In this document: one piece after another, positions 9,054 through 18,125 of the stretch
Numbering within the stretch: position 1 is the stretch's first letter
How the letters are laid out: every line of letters starts with the position of its first letter
IMG/VR virus record: IMGVR_UViG_3300036770_000545
Span: 1 to 63,264 of that record
Direction: 5' to 3' (one strand)
DNA from: a virus
Taxonomy: Duplodnaviria > Caudoviricetes
Length of the DNA: 63,264 bases
Program-made: the position numbers and the translations under genes
The notes under the pieces: model-generated
Databases searched by the model: none
Told to the model about the DNA's origin: nothing
What the model saw: only the letters and a program-made list of their open reading frames with translations

Positions 9054-9560
9054 ATGGAAAACATCATCATTGACGGCTCCGAAGTTTCGATTGAATCCCT
9101 CCGCAAGGGTGTTGCGGAAGCGGTAAAGCGGGCATACGGCGCCGAGCGGAATTACGCCAAGGCACTCAATGCCATGTTCGCCTTCGACTGGTTCGAGTTC
9201 GAAGCGAGCGACACGAGCGACGACGCCAAACTGGTCAAAGTGGAAAAGACCCTGCTCTACGGGGAACTGAAAGCAGCAGACCACACGAACCCTTCAACAG
9301 TGTGGGCGAGGATTCGCAAGTATGGCAAAGAAGAGCGCCACGGCAAGGCAGAGGGCGCCGAGGGCGAGGGTGGCGAGGGCGAGGGCGAGGGTGCCGGTAA
9401 CACCCCCCGCGATGCAATCACCCGTAATGTCGAGGAACTGTTGAACCTGTACAAGTTCAACAAGCGGCAAGAGGGTCTGCCCGCCAAAGTGATGGACGCG
9501 CAGAAGCACATTGCCACCGCGTTGATTGCCCTGGGTGTTGACCTGAGTATGGTCAAGTAA
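9054..9560 (+). CDS. First early protein, unknown function
   Basis: 168 aa, AAGGA SD, own promoter and downstream hairpins, GE-repeat linker. Confidence 0.85.
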   Translation: MENIIIDGSEVSIESLRKGVAEAVKRAYGAERNYAKALNAMFAFDWFEFEASDTSDDAKLVKVEKTLLYGELKAADHTNPSTVWARIRKYGKEERHGKAEGAEGEGGEGEGEGAGNTPRDAITRNVEELLNLYKFNKRQEGLPAKVMDAQKHIATALIALGVDLSMVK

Positions 9561-9564
9561 CCCG

Positions 9565-9627
9565 AGCGGGGCGCAAGCCCCGCTTCTCTCCAGCCCCCCT
9601 AACAATGTTAGGCGGGTTTTTCTTTTG
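9565..9627 (+). terminator. GCAA-tetraloop hairpin followed by palindrome-based hairpin with U tract
   Basis: AGCGGGGC-GCAA-GCCCCGCT at 9565-9584; CCTAACAATGTTAGG followed by CGGGTTTTTCTTTT. Confidence 0.6.
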
Positions 9628-9743
9628 CCCGTCTGGTTCGCACCACGCGGGCTTTTTTGCGTCTGCTCTGACCGACCTAACAATGTTAGCCCGTGGCGAC
9701 CCCCATGGGCTTTTGTGTTTCCAGACGCTAGAGGTTTAGAGGG

Positions 9744-9930
9744 GTGGTGATAGTGACCAGAGCAGTGTAAGGACTAGGTCTAACAGTGTTAGGTTCTTGA
9801 CGCTCGACCTAAACTGGTTCCCAGTTTACCCCAAACTTTTCCGTTTGTCAAGCCTTTTTTGTGCCTATGTTTACTTGCGTGGTGATAGTGACCAGAGAGG
9901 TGTAAGGACAAAGGCTAACAGTGTTAGGTT
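9744..9930. repeat. Two 52-bp direct repeats (9744-9795, 9879-9930), each ending in a palindrome
   Basis: GTGGTGATAGTGACCAGAG..GTGTAAGGAC.....CTAACAGTGTTAGGTT, 47/52 identical. Confidence 0.9.
9823..9851 (-). promoter_or_regulatory. Leftward sigma70-like promoter between the direct repeats
   Basis: TTGACA-17 nt-TAAACT on - strand. Confidence 0.55.
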
Positions 9931-10273
9931 TTTTGGCTTTGTTAGCGTGTAATGTTAGCGTGCTAACATTTGTAAGTTGTTGATTTAGTTCAACAAAGTC
10001 AGAATGTTATAATGTTAGCGTGATTTTAGAGTATGGGTGAGAAAACGAGCCTCTCCGCAGATGCAGTTCAACGCACAGCCGCGAGACAAAAAAACCGACC
10101 CTCTCTCTCTTTCTCTAATAACATTATAACAATAGTCTACTTCTCCTCGCAAACCCGCATCACTGAGCCATTCACACTGTTAGAAACTTTTCTAACATCC
10201 ATCGCCATTTTTCTAACACCTAACATTGTTACCCCTGCGTTTTCCCTTCGGTCACGCCCTGCGACTAAAGTAC

Positions 10274-10302
10274 TTGACTTGTGTGGTACATTGTGATATA
10301 AT
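10274..10302 (+). promoter_or_regulatory. Early sigma70 promoter
   Basis: TTGACT-17 nt-TATAAT; spacer nearly identical to promoter at 12866. Confidence 0.85.
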
Positions 10303-10365
10303 GGGGTTGTAGTAAATGAGTAAAGAATTTCCGCTCGGGCTTCGGTCAAGCCCTAACAATGTTAG

Positions 10366-10602
10366 ATGGAGACGCCAATGAGTATGCAATTCACAACCCC
10401 TGACAATCAGTACCACATTACAAGCCACGGCAACGGATGGGCTTATGAGGTTCACTGCCAATCCACGGGATGTTCTTTGTGGTTCCAAGATGACGATGCG
10501 GCTAACTTGCAAACCGAAACCAACGACTTCACCAACACCGAAGTCTTGCGTTCTTACTTTGAGTGCCTGTGCTACGGCACGGCAGACACCGGCTTAGAGT
10601 GA
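10366..10602 (+). CDS. Early hypothetical protein
   Basis: ORF after promoter; start may be 10378. Confidence 0.6.
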   Translation: METPMSMQFTTPDNQYHITSHGNGWAYEVHCQSTGCSLWFQDDDAANLQTETNDFTNTEVLRSYFECLCYGTADTGLE

Positions 10603-10610
10603 GGCTACCC

Positions 10611-10877
10611 ATGACAACCAACCACGCCAACCTAACACTGTTAGGTCTAGCCGACAGAATCGACATCCACGAGTGCGCCAATGACTACTGCCAAGATGAG
10701 ATACCACCAGCCCGTTATGCACTCGGCTACCGCACCTGCCTGCAATGCGGAGACCGACAGGCAAAGCAAGAACGCAAACTGTGGTGCATCGCACCCATGC
10801 ACAAGAGTAACTATGTGCTGATAACAGACAAGGCAGACCTGCAAGGACTCAACAACAAAGGAGGGTTAGTGAGATGA
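10611..10877 (+). CDS. Early zinc-finger-like protein
   Basis: CxxxxC...CLQC, APMHKSNY. Confidence 0.7.
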   Translation: MTTNHANLTLLGLADRIDIHECANDYCQDEIPPARYALGYRTCLQCGDRQAKQERKLWCIAPMHKSNYVLITDKADLQGLNNKGGLVR

Positions 10878-11134
10878 AAGTGCAACAGGGAAAAAGAAGA
10901 AAACTTGTCAAGCGTCCCCAAACTTGGTTGTGGGCATACAAGCATTGCAACCGGAAAACAAAGCATTGGAATTGGCGGTTGGTTAGTGCCATGAGGGAAA
11001 TAGAACACAAGTCCTGCGTGCCGTTTGCTTTGTACAAGTGGAAGGCGTTTGGGTTCGATGGCAAAGAGCAACCCATGTGGACTATCGCTGACTACATGAA
11101 CGAGTGGTACGAGTACGCAGACCAATCAATCTAA
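10874..11134 (+). CDS. Early hypothetical protein
   Basis: ATGA overlap with upstream gene, GGAGG SD. Confidence 0.6.
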   Translation: MKVQQGKRRKLVKRPQTWLWAYKHCNRKTKHWNWRLVSAMREIEHKSCVPFALYKWKAFGFDGKEQPMWTIADYMNEWYEYADQSI

Positions 11135-11152
11135 CAATTTTAGGAGAGTGAG

Positions 11153-11302
11153 ATGAGTTACTTCAAGAAAAAAAGTGTTACCCGTGACGAGTTGATTAGG
11201 ATGCTTAACGATATGGAGATTGACAAAATCGAAGTCGAAGAATGTTACGGGGGTTCGTTGGAAATCTTTGTGTATGCAAAAGACGAGGAGGAAGTGAAAT
11301 GA
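11153..11302 (+). CDS. Small early hypothetical protein (49 aa)
   Basis: AGGAG SD, MSYFKKKSVTRDELIRMLND, ATGA overlap with next ORF. Confidence 0.55.
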   Translation: MSYFKKKSVTRDELIRMLNDMEIDKIEVEECYGGSLEIFVYAKDEEEVK

Positions 11303-11433
11303 ACTGGATTAAAGACTTACTGTGGGACAACAGTCTCAGCGTGCGTGACAACCTAGCAACATGGGCTCTCGGCATCATCGGGTTCACCCTGTTCTATGTC
11401 CTGTTGTTCCTTGTGCTGCTACTTGGAGAGTGA
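11299..11433 (+). CDS. Small early membrane protein
   Basis: MNWIKDLLWD with a C-terminal hydrophobic helix, GAGGAGG SD. Confidence 0.55.
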   Translation: MNWIKDLLWDNSLSVRDNLATWALGIIGFTLFYVLLFLVLLLGE

Positions 11434-11965
11434 GATGACGATGACCACTCATGCCTTTGTGCAAAAACTGCGTAAGCAGGGAGTCAGGTGCGGGGATGTG
11501 GTACGCCTACGCGGCAAGCCGCATTACATTCAGGGCGTAACCAACCAGTACATAACTCTGGTGTCGATGGACGAGCGCAAGATGTTTATAACTTTATGGG
11601 GGTGAGCATGGGCAAGCCTGCTTTCGAGGTCGAGTCTGTGCGCCAAGCGGTTGCGGGTGGGAAAACCAATATGTACGAGGCGAGAGTCATTGTGCGCCAC
11701 GGCAAGAAGGGCAGACCCAAGAAGGAGAAGTTCGTAGTTTTCGGGCAAGACGAGATGGCGGCATACCTACGGGCTACCGAAGTCATGAAAGAAAGGAATA
11801 GAGATGCACAAGAACAAACCGAGCAAGCACAAGCCCGTGCTTGTAAAGAAGCGCAACCCTGTGGTGGCGGCACTTGTGGCTAACCCAAAGCGCAACGCGG
11901 GTAAACACAAGAGCAACCGAGCAGCCGACCTAACAATGTTAGACACAACAGAGAAGGAGTAGACC

Positions 11966-12850
11966 ATGGGATTCTTCGTATCAAAATTTGATGCTCCGAG
12001 GCTCTATAACTATATGGATGCCGTGGCGCATGAGCAGGAAGTGAAACCCATACGGGGCAAGGCTGATTGCAAGCCACTGGGCAAACGGCGAAACACTCAT
12101 GTGACCATCCGCAAGGGAGCAGACGAGAGCATCGCGTGTCGGCTGTACCACACCGATGTCATCACTTACCACAAGGACGGGCGCATCGAGTTTAGGCTGG
12201 AGGGTTGGGCGAGTCAGTCCACGATGGTGTTCATACGCGAGGTGCTTGGGGTGGATGCGGTCATCCGCAACAGTATGGTGTGGGTGCAGTCGGCTATCCC
12301 TAACTTGGCAACAGTTGGGTGGTACGCCTTGCATTCCCACGGGGTCAACGAGTTCAGGCGCAATGGACAGGGCGACCTTGAGTTTCAGAACCACACAACA
12401 TTCACCAAGCATACGATTAACCGAGCAGGTGCTAACAATGTTAGGAAGATGTTCAAACCCTTCAAGAATTACTTGTCGGCAACGATGCGTGTGCGAGATG
12501 CAGGCTTCAGTATCCAAGAGTTCGGGGATGTGTTCGGTTGGGTCATGGACGGCAGGATGCCTGACTACCCCAGGTGCATGGACTTCAGGCGGGACTGCTT
12601 GGATGGTGTCGATGAGTTCATCGGGTTGGCGCTATCAGAAGATGCACAAGATAGGTACAAGGCAACGCTAATACTGGTCAGGTCGATGGGGCACCCATAC
12701 CGAGATAGTTGGGCGGTGAATGTACCACACATGCTACGCAGGCTGGATGACTTTATTCTGTACGCCCATCGGGAAGAGTGTTTCGATGAGGTCGATGTGC
12801 CACTGGGAGAGATTGCCCGTGACCCATACGAGAAGTTCTTTAGTTACTGA
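11966..12850 (+). CDS. Early hypothetical protein
   Basis: 294 aa, AAGGAG SD. Confidence 0.85.
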   Translation: MGFFVSKFDAPRLYNYMDAVAHEQEVKPIRGKADCKPLGKRRNTHVTIRKGADESIACRLYHTDVITYHKDGRIEFRLEGWASQSTMVFIREVLGVDAVIRNSMVWVQSAIPNLATVGWYALHSHGVNEFRRNGQGDLEFQNHTTFTKHTINRAGANNVRKMFKPFKNYLSATMRVRDAGFSIQEFGDVFGWVMDGRMPDYPRCMDFRRDCLDGVDEFIGLALSEDAQDRYKATLILVRSMGHPYRDSWAVNVPHMLRRLDDFILYAHREECFDEVDVPLGEIARDPYEKFFSY

Positions 12851-12865
12851 GCGTGACCGAATCGC

Positions 12866-12894
12866 TTGACTTGTGTGGTACAATGTAGTATAAT
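12866..12894 (+). promoter_or_regulatory. Early sigma70 promoter for AAA/VWA operon
   Basis: TTGACT-17 nt-TATAAT. Confidence 0.85.
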
Positions 12895-12959
12895 AAAAAG
12901 AAAAAAGTAGTAAGAACCCGCCTAACACTGTTAGGCAACAACCAAGGAAAGGAAGTCCA

Positions 12960-14027
12960 ATGAGCGTTATATCTTTTGGTAAGCAAGTATCTTTGAAGCA
13001 AGCCGCAAGCATCATCCTCGCAACCCCTGAGAATCGGTATCTGTTGCAGGGTGAACCTGGCATCGGTAAGTCGTCTCTACTTAAGACGCTATCCGCAAGC
13101 CTGCCCAATCACGAGGTCGCATACATTGATGTTCCCAACATGGACTTGGGCGACATCGCCATGCCCGTGATTAACCACGAGACTAAGACTACTGCCTACT
13201 ACCCTAACACTAGGTTCAAGGTTCACACCGGCAAGCCCGTCATAACAATGTTAGATGAGTTCACCAAAGGTGCAGAGCCAATCAAGAATATGCTTCACCC
13301 CTTGCTTGAGGTGGCAAACCCTCGGCTTGGTGACATCTCCGTTCACCCCGAGTCAATCGTTTTTCTCACGGGTAATCTGTCTACTGACGGAGTCGGAGAC
13401 AACCTAAAGGCACACAGCCGCAACCGCATCATCCCCCTGACTGTGCGCAAACCAGACGCAGACGAGTGGCTTGAGTGGGCGGTGAACAACAACATCGAGC
13501 CGGTCATCATGGCGTGGGTGCGTCAGTTCCCTCATGCCTTGGCTAGTTACACAGATGATGCGCAGGGTGACAACCCATACATCTACAACCCGAAGAAGGT
13601 GCAGACTGCCTTTGTTTCGCCTCGCTCACTGGAGAGAGCCTCTAACATTGTTAGGGTACGCGAGAAGATTGATGCCGATACCATGATAGCCGCAATGTCT
13701 GGAGCCTTGGGCGAAGCGGCAAGCCGAGACATTCAGGCTTATGTGGAGTATCAAGACCAGTTGCCCACATGGGAGAGCATCATCAAGAACCCCAAGACTG
13801 CTGATGTCCCTAACAGCGCAGGTGCTTGTGCCGTTCTTATCTTTGGCGCCATCGCTAAGATTGCCAAGGACACAATGACCCCGTTCATGAGTTACTTGGA
13901 GCGGTTCGAGCCTGAGTGGCAAGCCTGTTTCGCTATCAATGTGGCGAAGTCCCCGACCAAGCAGAGCATCGCGTTCAGTTCCTTGGCATTCGCTGACTGG
14001 GTTACGAAGAACGAGGACTTGCTATGA
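12960..14027 (+). CDS. MoxR/dynein-related AAA+ ATPase
   Basis: Walker A GEPGIGKS, Walker B MLDEF, sensor LTGN, SPRS motif; adjacent VWA gene. Confidence 0.88.
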   Translation: MSVISFGKQVSLKQAASIILATPENRYLLQGEPGIGKSSLLKTLSASLPNHEVAYIDVPNMDLGDIAMPVINHETKTTAYYPNTRFKVHTGKPVITMLDEFTKGAEPIKNMLHPLLEVANPRLGDISVHPESIVFLTGNLSTDGVGDNLKAHSRNRIIPLTVRKPDADEWLEWAVNNNIEPVIMAWVRQFPHALASYTDDAQGDNPYIYNPKKVQTAFVSPRSLERASNIVRVREKIDADTMIAAMSGALGEAASRDIQAYVEYQDQLPTWESIIKNPKTADVPNSAGACAVLIFGAIAKIAKDTMTPFMSYLERFEPEWQACFAINVAKSPTKQSIAFSSLAFADWVTKNEDLL

Positions 14028-14126
14028 GTTCGGAGAAACAAGTACTGGACAAAGCCCGCAAGTATTTACTTGCTAATGGATACGAGAGTAGTGACTTCTT
14101 TGTTACTAAAGTAGAGAGGACTAACA

Positions 14127-15347
14127 ATGTTAGATGCAGAGCGCAGGTTGAAGAAAATCAAAATCAGTTTGATGCGAAACCCCAAGTTCGCGTTGTGGTC
14201 GGGGATGCTCATGCTAGGCAAGACGGAGGTGGTCGATAACTTCCCGACTGCCTGCACCAACGGGCGGGATGAGAAGTATGGGCGCAAGTTCATCGAGGAG
14301 TTGGACGACAAAGAGTTGGCGTTCGTTGTCCTCCACGAGAACCTCCACAAAGCGTTCCGTCACTTGTTCATCTGGCGCAAGTTGTGGGAGGAGAACCCCA
14401 AATTGGCGAATGCGGCTTGCGACTATGTCATTAACCTGATGATTGTCGAGAGCGACCCCAACGAGAGCGTAGTTGCCATGCCCCGCAAGGAAGGGAAGGT
14501 CTATGGCTTGCTCGACCCACGCTTTGCCAAGATGAATGCGAAGCAAGTGTTCGACATTCTCAAGAAGGAGCAACAACAAGGCGGTGGCGGTGGTCAAGGT
14601 GATGGTCAAGGCGAGGGTCAAGGCGGTGCTGATGGTGGGTTCGATGACCACGACTGGGAGGGTGCGCAAGGTCTGTCCGATGAGGATAAGCAAGTACTGG
14701 AAAAGGAAGTAGACCAAGCACTCCGCCAAGGTCAAATCGCACACCAAAAGGTCAACGGCAAGGGTGCGGGTGGCATGGGGCGCGAGTTGGGTGACTTGCT
14801 TGAGCCGCAGGTGGACTGGCGCGAGGTGATGCGTGAGTTCGTCAAGTCTATCTGCAACGCCAAGGATGCAAGTTCATGGCGTAGAGTGAATCGCCGGTTC
14901 CTGTCGGGTGATGTCTATATGCCTACGCTAATCGGTGAAAGGGTTGGGCGCATCGCGGTTGGCATCGACACATCGGGTTCCATCGGTGGGCAGGAGTTGA
15001 ATCGGTTTCTCTCCGAGGTGAAGTCTATTGCCGAGGATGTTCATCCCGAGTTCATCGACTTGGTCTACTGGGATAGCAGTGTGGCGGCGCACGAAGAGTA
15101 TGACGAGTTGTCAGTACCTAACATTGTTAGTTCTACTAAGCCGGTAGGTGGAGGCGGCACTGACCCACGGGCAATGATGGCTTACTTGAAGGAGAAGAAC
15201 ATCACGCCGGAGTGCATTGTGATGCTTACGGATGGTTACATAGGGGAGTGGGGTAATGAATGGAATGCTCCGATTCTTTGGGCGATTTGCAATGGAGCAT
15301 CGGATGTCTATGCCCCATGCGGTAAGACTGTTCATATTAAGGACTAG
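14127..15347 (+). CDS. Metallopeptidase-like plus VWA domain protein (DUF2201-like)
   Basis: TACTNG, HENLH (HExxH), N.ACDYVIN, Gly-rich linker, MIDAS DTSGS...GGGT...LTDG. Confidence 0.88.
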   Translation: MLDAERRLKKIKISLMRNPKFALWSGMLMLGKTEVVDNFPTACTNGRDEKYGRKFIEELDDKELAFVVLHENLHKAFRHLFIWRKLWEENPKLANAACDYVINLMIVESDPNESVVAMPRKEGKVYGLLDPRFAKMNAKQVFDILKKEQQQGGGGGQGDGQGEGQGGADGGFDDHDWEGAQGLSDEDKQVLEKEVDQALRQGQIAHQKVNGKGAGGMGRELGDLLEPQVDWREVMREFVKSICNAKDASSWRRVNRRFLSGDVYMPTLIGERVGRIAVGIDTSGSIGGQELNRFLSEVKSIAEDVHPEFIDLVYWDSSVAAHEEYDELSVPNIVSSTKPVGGGGTDPRAMMAYLKEKNITPECIVMLTDGYIGEWGNEWNAPILWAICNGASDVYAPCGKTVHIKD

Positions 15348-15351
15348 GCTA

Positions 15352-15600
15352 ATGAAGAAAGCAATTGTCAGAGTGGGATACACCCAGTTCGTACTGGATA
15401 CGCCGAAAGCCCTAGCATTTTTAGAGTTGCTGGCCGAAGCAGAAATCTACGAAGAGAAGTGGAAGAAGAAGGAGGATGGCGGGACGACTCACCATGTCTA
15501 CCCGCAAGACACCAACGACAGCATTCGGCAGTTGCAGATTGTGCCGACTGCGTTCTACCACATGGCGAAGATGGCGGGGCGACCCGATAGGGAGAGTTGA
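15352..15600 (+). CDS. Early hypothetical protein
   Basis: 82 aa ORF directly after VWA gene. Confidence 0.65.
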   Translation: MKKAIVRVGYTQFVLDTPKALAFLELLAEAEIYEEKWKKKEDGGTTHHVYPQDTNDSIRQLQIVPTAFYHMAKMAGRPDRES

Positions 15601-15943
15601 TATGACTGACCAAGAAAAAATCGAATTGGCATTTGATTTACTAGCGGATGCAGAAGTTATGCATGAGTTTGATGACTGTCTGTGGGTGAAGGTTGACCGA
15701 GAGTTGTGGGAGGAGTTTCAAAAAGCGGGAGGTACAAAATGACTGAATTACTAGCGGTAAGCGTGACGGCAAACCTGTTTCTAATCTTCAGTTACATGAA
15801 GATGCGGTTTCATTGCCGAGTTGTATCGGAGTTGTTGAAAGGGATTGCTTGTGGCGAAGTCGAGCTGGTGGCTAACGAGCAAGGTAGTTTTGAAGTACGA
15901 GTAAACAAAACCTAACAATGTTAGTTGACGAAGGAGCGAACCC

Positions 15944-16801
15944 ATGAGTATTACATCTAGTGCAGTACAGGTAGAAATGAATATCTCTGTGTGGACTGCC
16001 AACAAGTTGGACAAGTCTGCAACCGAGAAGGTGGTAGCAGATAACTCTGCGGTGCAAAACGCCGCCCAAGTTCGTAAGAACCTGATGGCAGGCACGAGCC
16101 TACGGAAAGACATCTCTGACTATGCGGCGGGATGTCGCCTGTGGCACAACACCCGTACTCTGCCATGGGCAGACAAAGGGGCACGACTGTTGTCTACCAG
16201 TCTGTTCTTGGACTACAAGACGGAGGCAAACATTCGGCGGGACACCTTCAACAAGATGGTGGATAACTTCTGCACTAACTACCCCGCGCTGGTGCAGACA
16301 TCGCATAACTACCTTGGCACTCTGTTCAACCCCGAGGACTACCCGAGCGTTGACGAAGTGCGAAGCAAGTTCGGCTTCAGGCTAGTGTTTAGCCCTGTGC
16401 CTGAGTCGGGCGACTTTCGGTTGCAGGTAGCCGAGCAAGACTTACAAGACCTACGCCAGCAGTACGAGGAGAATTTTTCGAGCCGTCTCGCTGACGCTAT
16501 GCGTGAACCATGGGACAGACTCCACAAGTTGCTGATTGGCATGAGCGAGAAGTTGACGGATGTCGAGGGTGATGACGAGAGCAAGAAGCGTTACCACGAT
16601 ACCCTCATTACAAACGCGCAGACTCTGTGTTCCCTGCTGACGCACTTGAATGTGACGAAAGACCCCAAGTTGGAGCAGGCGCGGCGTGACCTTGAACTAA
16701 CAATGTTAGGTGCTGACATTGATGCAATCAAAGAGAGTCCCGAAGTGCGCAAGGGTATGAAGGACAAACTGGATGCAATCCTCAAGCAGTATGAATGGTA
16801 A
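15944..16801 (+). CDS. Early helical protein, DUF3150-like (tentative)
   Basis: 285 aa, AAGGAG SD; TLPW, DYPSVDEVRSKF motifs. Confidence 0.65.
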   Translation: MSITSSAVQVEMNISVWTANKLDKSATEKVVADNSAVQNAAQVRKNLMAGTSLRKDISDYAAGCRLWHNTRTLPWADKGARLLSTSLFLDYKTEANIRRDTFNKMVDNFCTNYPALVQTSHNYLGTLFNPEDYPSVDEVRSKFGFRLVFSPVPESGDFRLQVAEQDLQDLRQQYEENFSSRLADAMREPWDRLHKLLIGMSEKLTDVEGDDESKKRYHDTLITNAQTLCSLLTHLNVTKDPKLEQARRDLELTMLGADIDAIKESPEVRKGMKDKLDAILKQYEW

Positions 16802-16811
16802 GGAGAGAACA

Positions 16812-17705
16812 ATGATTGACGAACTTAAGTACAGCTACATCGAACTGACTCTGCCTAACATCGTAGCCCGATGGGAGAAAGGGGACAGCCTGAATGAGAA
16901 TAACCTTCCCACATTTGAGATTGACTCCGACCTCAAGCCTTTTGTGGAAGCCTTGGCTATGAAGTATCCACAATGGCGTTTTGTTTGTAGTAGTTATTGG
17001 AGGCATCGGCGGGGGGATGACGAACCAGTTCATGCGGCGCGGAGGTTCAATGTGTACAACGGGCGTGAAGTGTTGGGCGAGATAAGCACTGACTCGATGC
17101 GCAATGGGAGCGTGTACACAATCTACAACGAGCGTATCGAAAGGAGCAGGTCGCGTGGTCGTGTGACTAAGACCAAGGACTTGAACAAGGCGGTCAAGAT
17201 TGTCGGCAAGATGTTTGGGTCTAAGACGATAGAAGAAAGAATGCTTGGGGTTATGGAGGAGGGCGGTGCTATCGTTTCGCAAGTGTATCGTGACAGGTGG
17301 TACAAGTTTGATTCTACCTACTCAGACATCACTTCTAAGTTGGTTCCGTATGTCATTGCTAACTGGGATGTCATATCTGAAGAAGCCTTAAAGGAGAATG
17401 CAGACCCTAACATTGTTAGTTCGTTTACAAATATATACAACGAGCATCAAGCCATGAAAGGAATCCAAGAATGTCTAGCAAAAAGTGCAGGGGTTGCGGT
17501 GTTAATTCATGGCAAAGATTATGCCGTGACAAAAGTAAACGCAAGCGTATCGGACGAAACTACCCTCTACACAACCGAAACACTACCGCTCCATATTAAG
17601 TCGGCAATAGGTATGCTCAAGTTGTTGGAACCGAAAAACTTTATCGGTGGCGTTGGCGTTAAAATCTCCGATGAATCATTCTTTGTGGTCAAGGAGGAAG
17701 CATGA
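16812..17705 (+). CDS. Early hypothetical protein
   Basis: 297 aa, AAGGAG SD. Confidence 0.8.
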   Translation: MIDELKYSYIELTLPNIVARWEKGDSLNENNLPTFEIDSDLKPFVEALAMKYPQWRFVCSSYWRHRRGDDEPVHAARRFNVYNGREVLGEISTDSMRNGSVYTIYNERIERSRSRGRVTKTKDLNKAVKIVGKMFGSKTIEERMLGVMEEGGAIVSQVYRDRWYKFDSTYSDITSKLVPYVIANWDVISEEALKENADPNIVSSFTNIYNEHQAMKGIQECLAKSAGVAVLIHGKDYAVTKVNASVSDETTLYTTETLPLHIKSAIGMLKLLEPKNFIGGVGVKISDESFFVVKEEA

Positions 17706-17917
17706 GCAACGAGATGCCAACCAAGCGGGTACGGGGCAAAGGGAAGAACCCTGCTAAAGCCCATGTGAACCTACGACTGCCGGTAGAAGTGTTAGAGTTT
17801 TATAAAGAATTCCCCAATTACACGGGGAAGATGCGAGAAGTACTTGTTAACTACCAAAAGGAGCATGACCATGAAAAAGTCTCTAGCGATTCTTTGCGCA
17901 ATGATGATGAGCAGTAG
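17702..17917 (+). CDS. Ribbon-helix-helix DNA-binding protein (BrnA-antitoxin-like)
   Basis: RGKGKNPAKAHVNLRLPVEVLEFYK...YTGKMREVL resembles the BrnA/RHH pattern. Confidence 0.7.
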   Translation: MSNEMPTKRVRGKGKNPAKAHVNLRLPVEVLEFYKEFPNYTGKMREVLVNYQKEHDHEKVSSDSLRNDDEQ

Positions 17918-18014
17918 CGTTCTCGCCGCTGTTAAGTGCGAGCCAAGCCCACGCGGCGGCATGTGCTGTTGGGATACTAAAGTAGATGGCCCGTTCAGAC
18001 CTTTAGGTTGCTAA
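17871..18014 (+). CDS. Secreted Cys-rich micropeptide (47 aa; not in ORF track)
   Basis: AAGGAG 7 nt upstream; MKKSLAILCAMMMSSSVLA-AVKCEPSPRGGMCCWDTKVDGPFRPLGC. Confidence 0.65.
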   Translation: MKKSLAILCAMMMSSSVLAAVKCEPSPRGGMCCWDTKVDGPFRPLGC

Positions 18015-18051
18015 TAATGTAAGCACTGCCTAACATTGTTAGGTCGTTTCC

Positions 18052-18076
18052 AACCCGCCCAAGTGGCGGGTTTTTT
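18052..18076 (+). terminator. Rho-independent terminator ending the early operon
   Basis: AACCCGCC-caagt-GGCGGGTT-TTTT. Confidence 0.85.
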
Positions 18077-18090
18077 ATTATCTAAAAGGT

Positions 18091-18118
18091 TTGACAAAGT
18101 CCAAAGATGTGCTATCAT
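18091..18118 (+). promoter_or_regulatory. Middle promoter
   Basis: TTGACA-16 nt-TATCAT with TGn; near-identical to promoter at 28062. Confidence 0.75.
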
Positions 18119-18125
18119 TACGCAC

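Noticed and set aside
9599-9930. CRISPR mini-array from the palindromes or 52-bp repeats
   Set aside because: Repeat too short (13 bp) or only two copies (52 bp), irregular spacing, no cas operon
9257-10349. ORFs 9294-9683(-), 10033-10296(+) and 10137-10349(-) as genes
   Set aside because: Antisense to a real gene or made of repeat/half-site sequence with weak starts
17702-17917. BrnT-BrnA toxin-antitoxin pair
   Set aside because: No BrnT-like toxin recognisable next to the RHH gene
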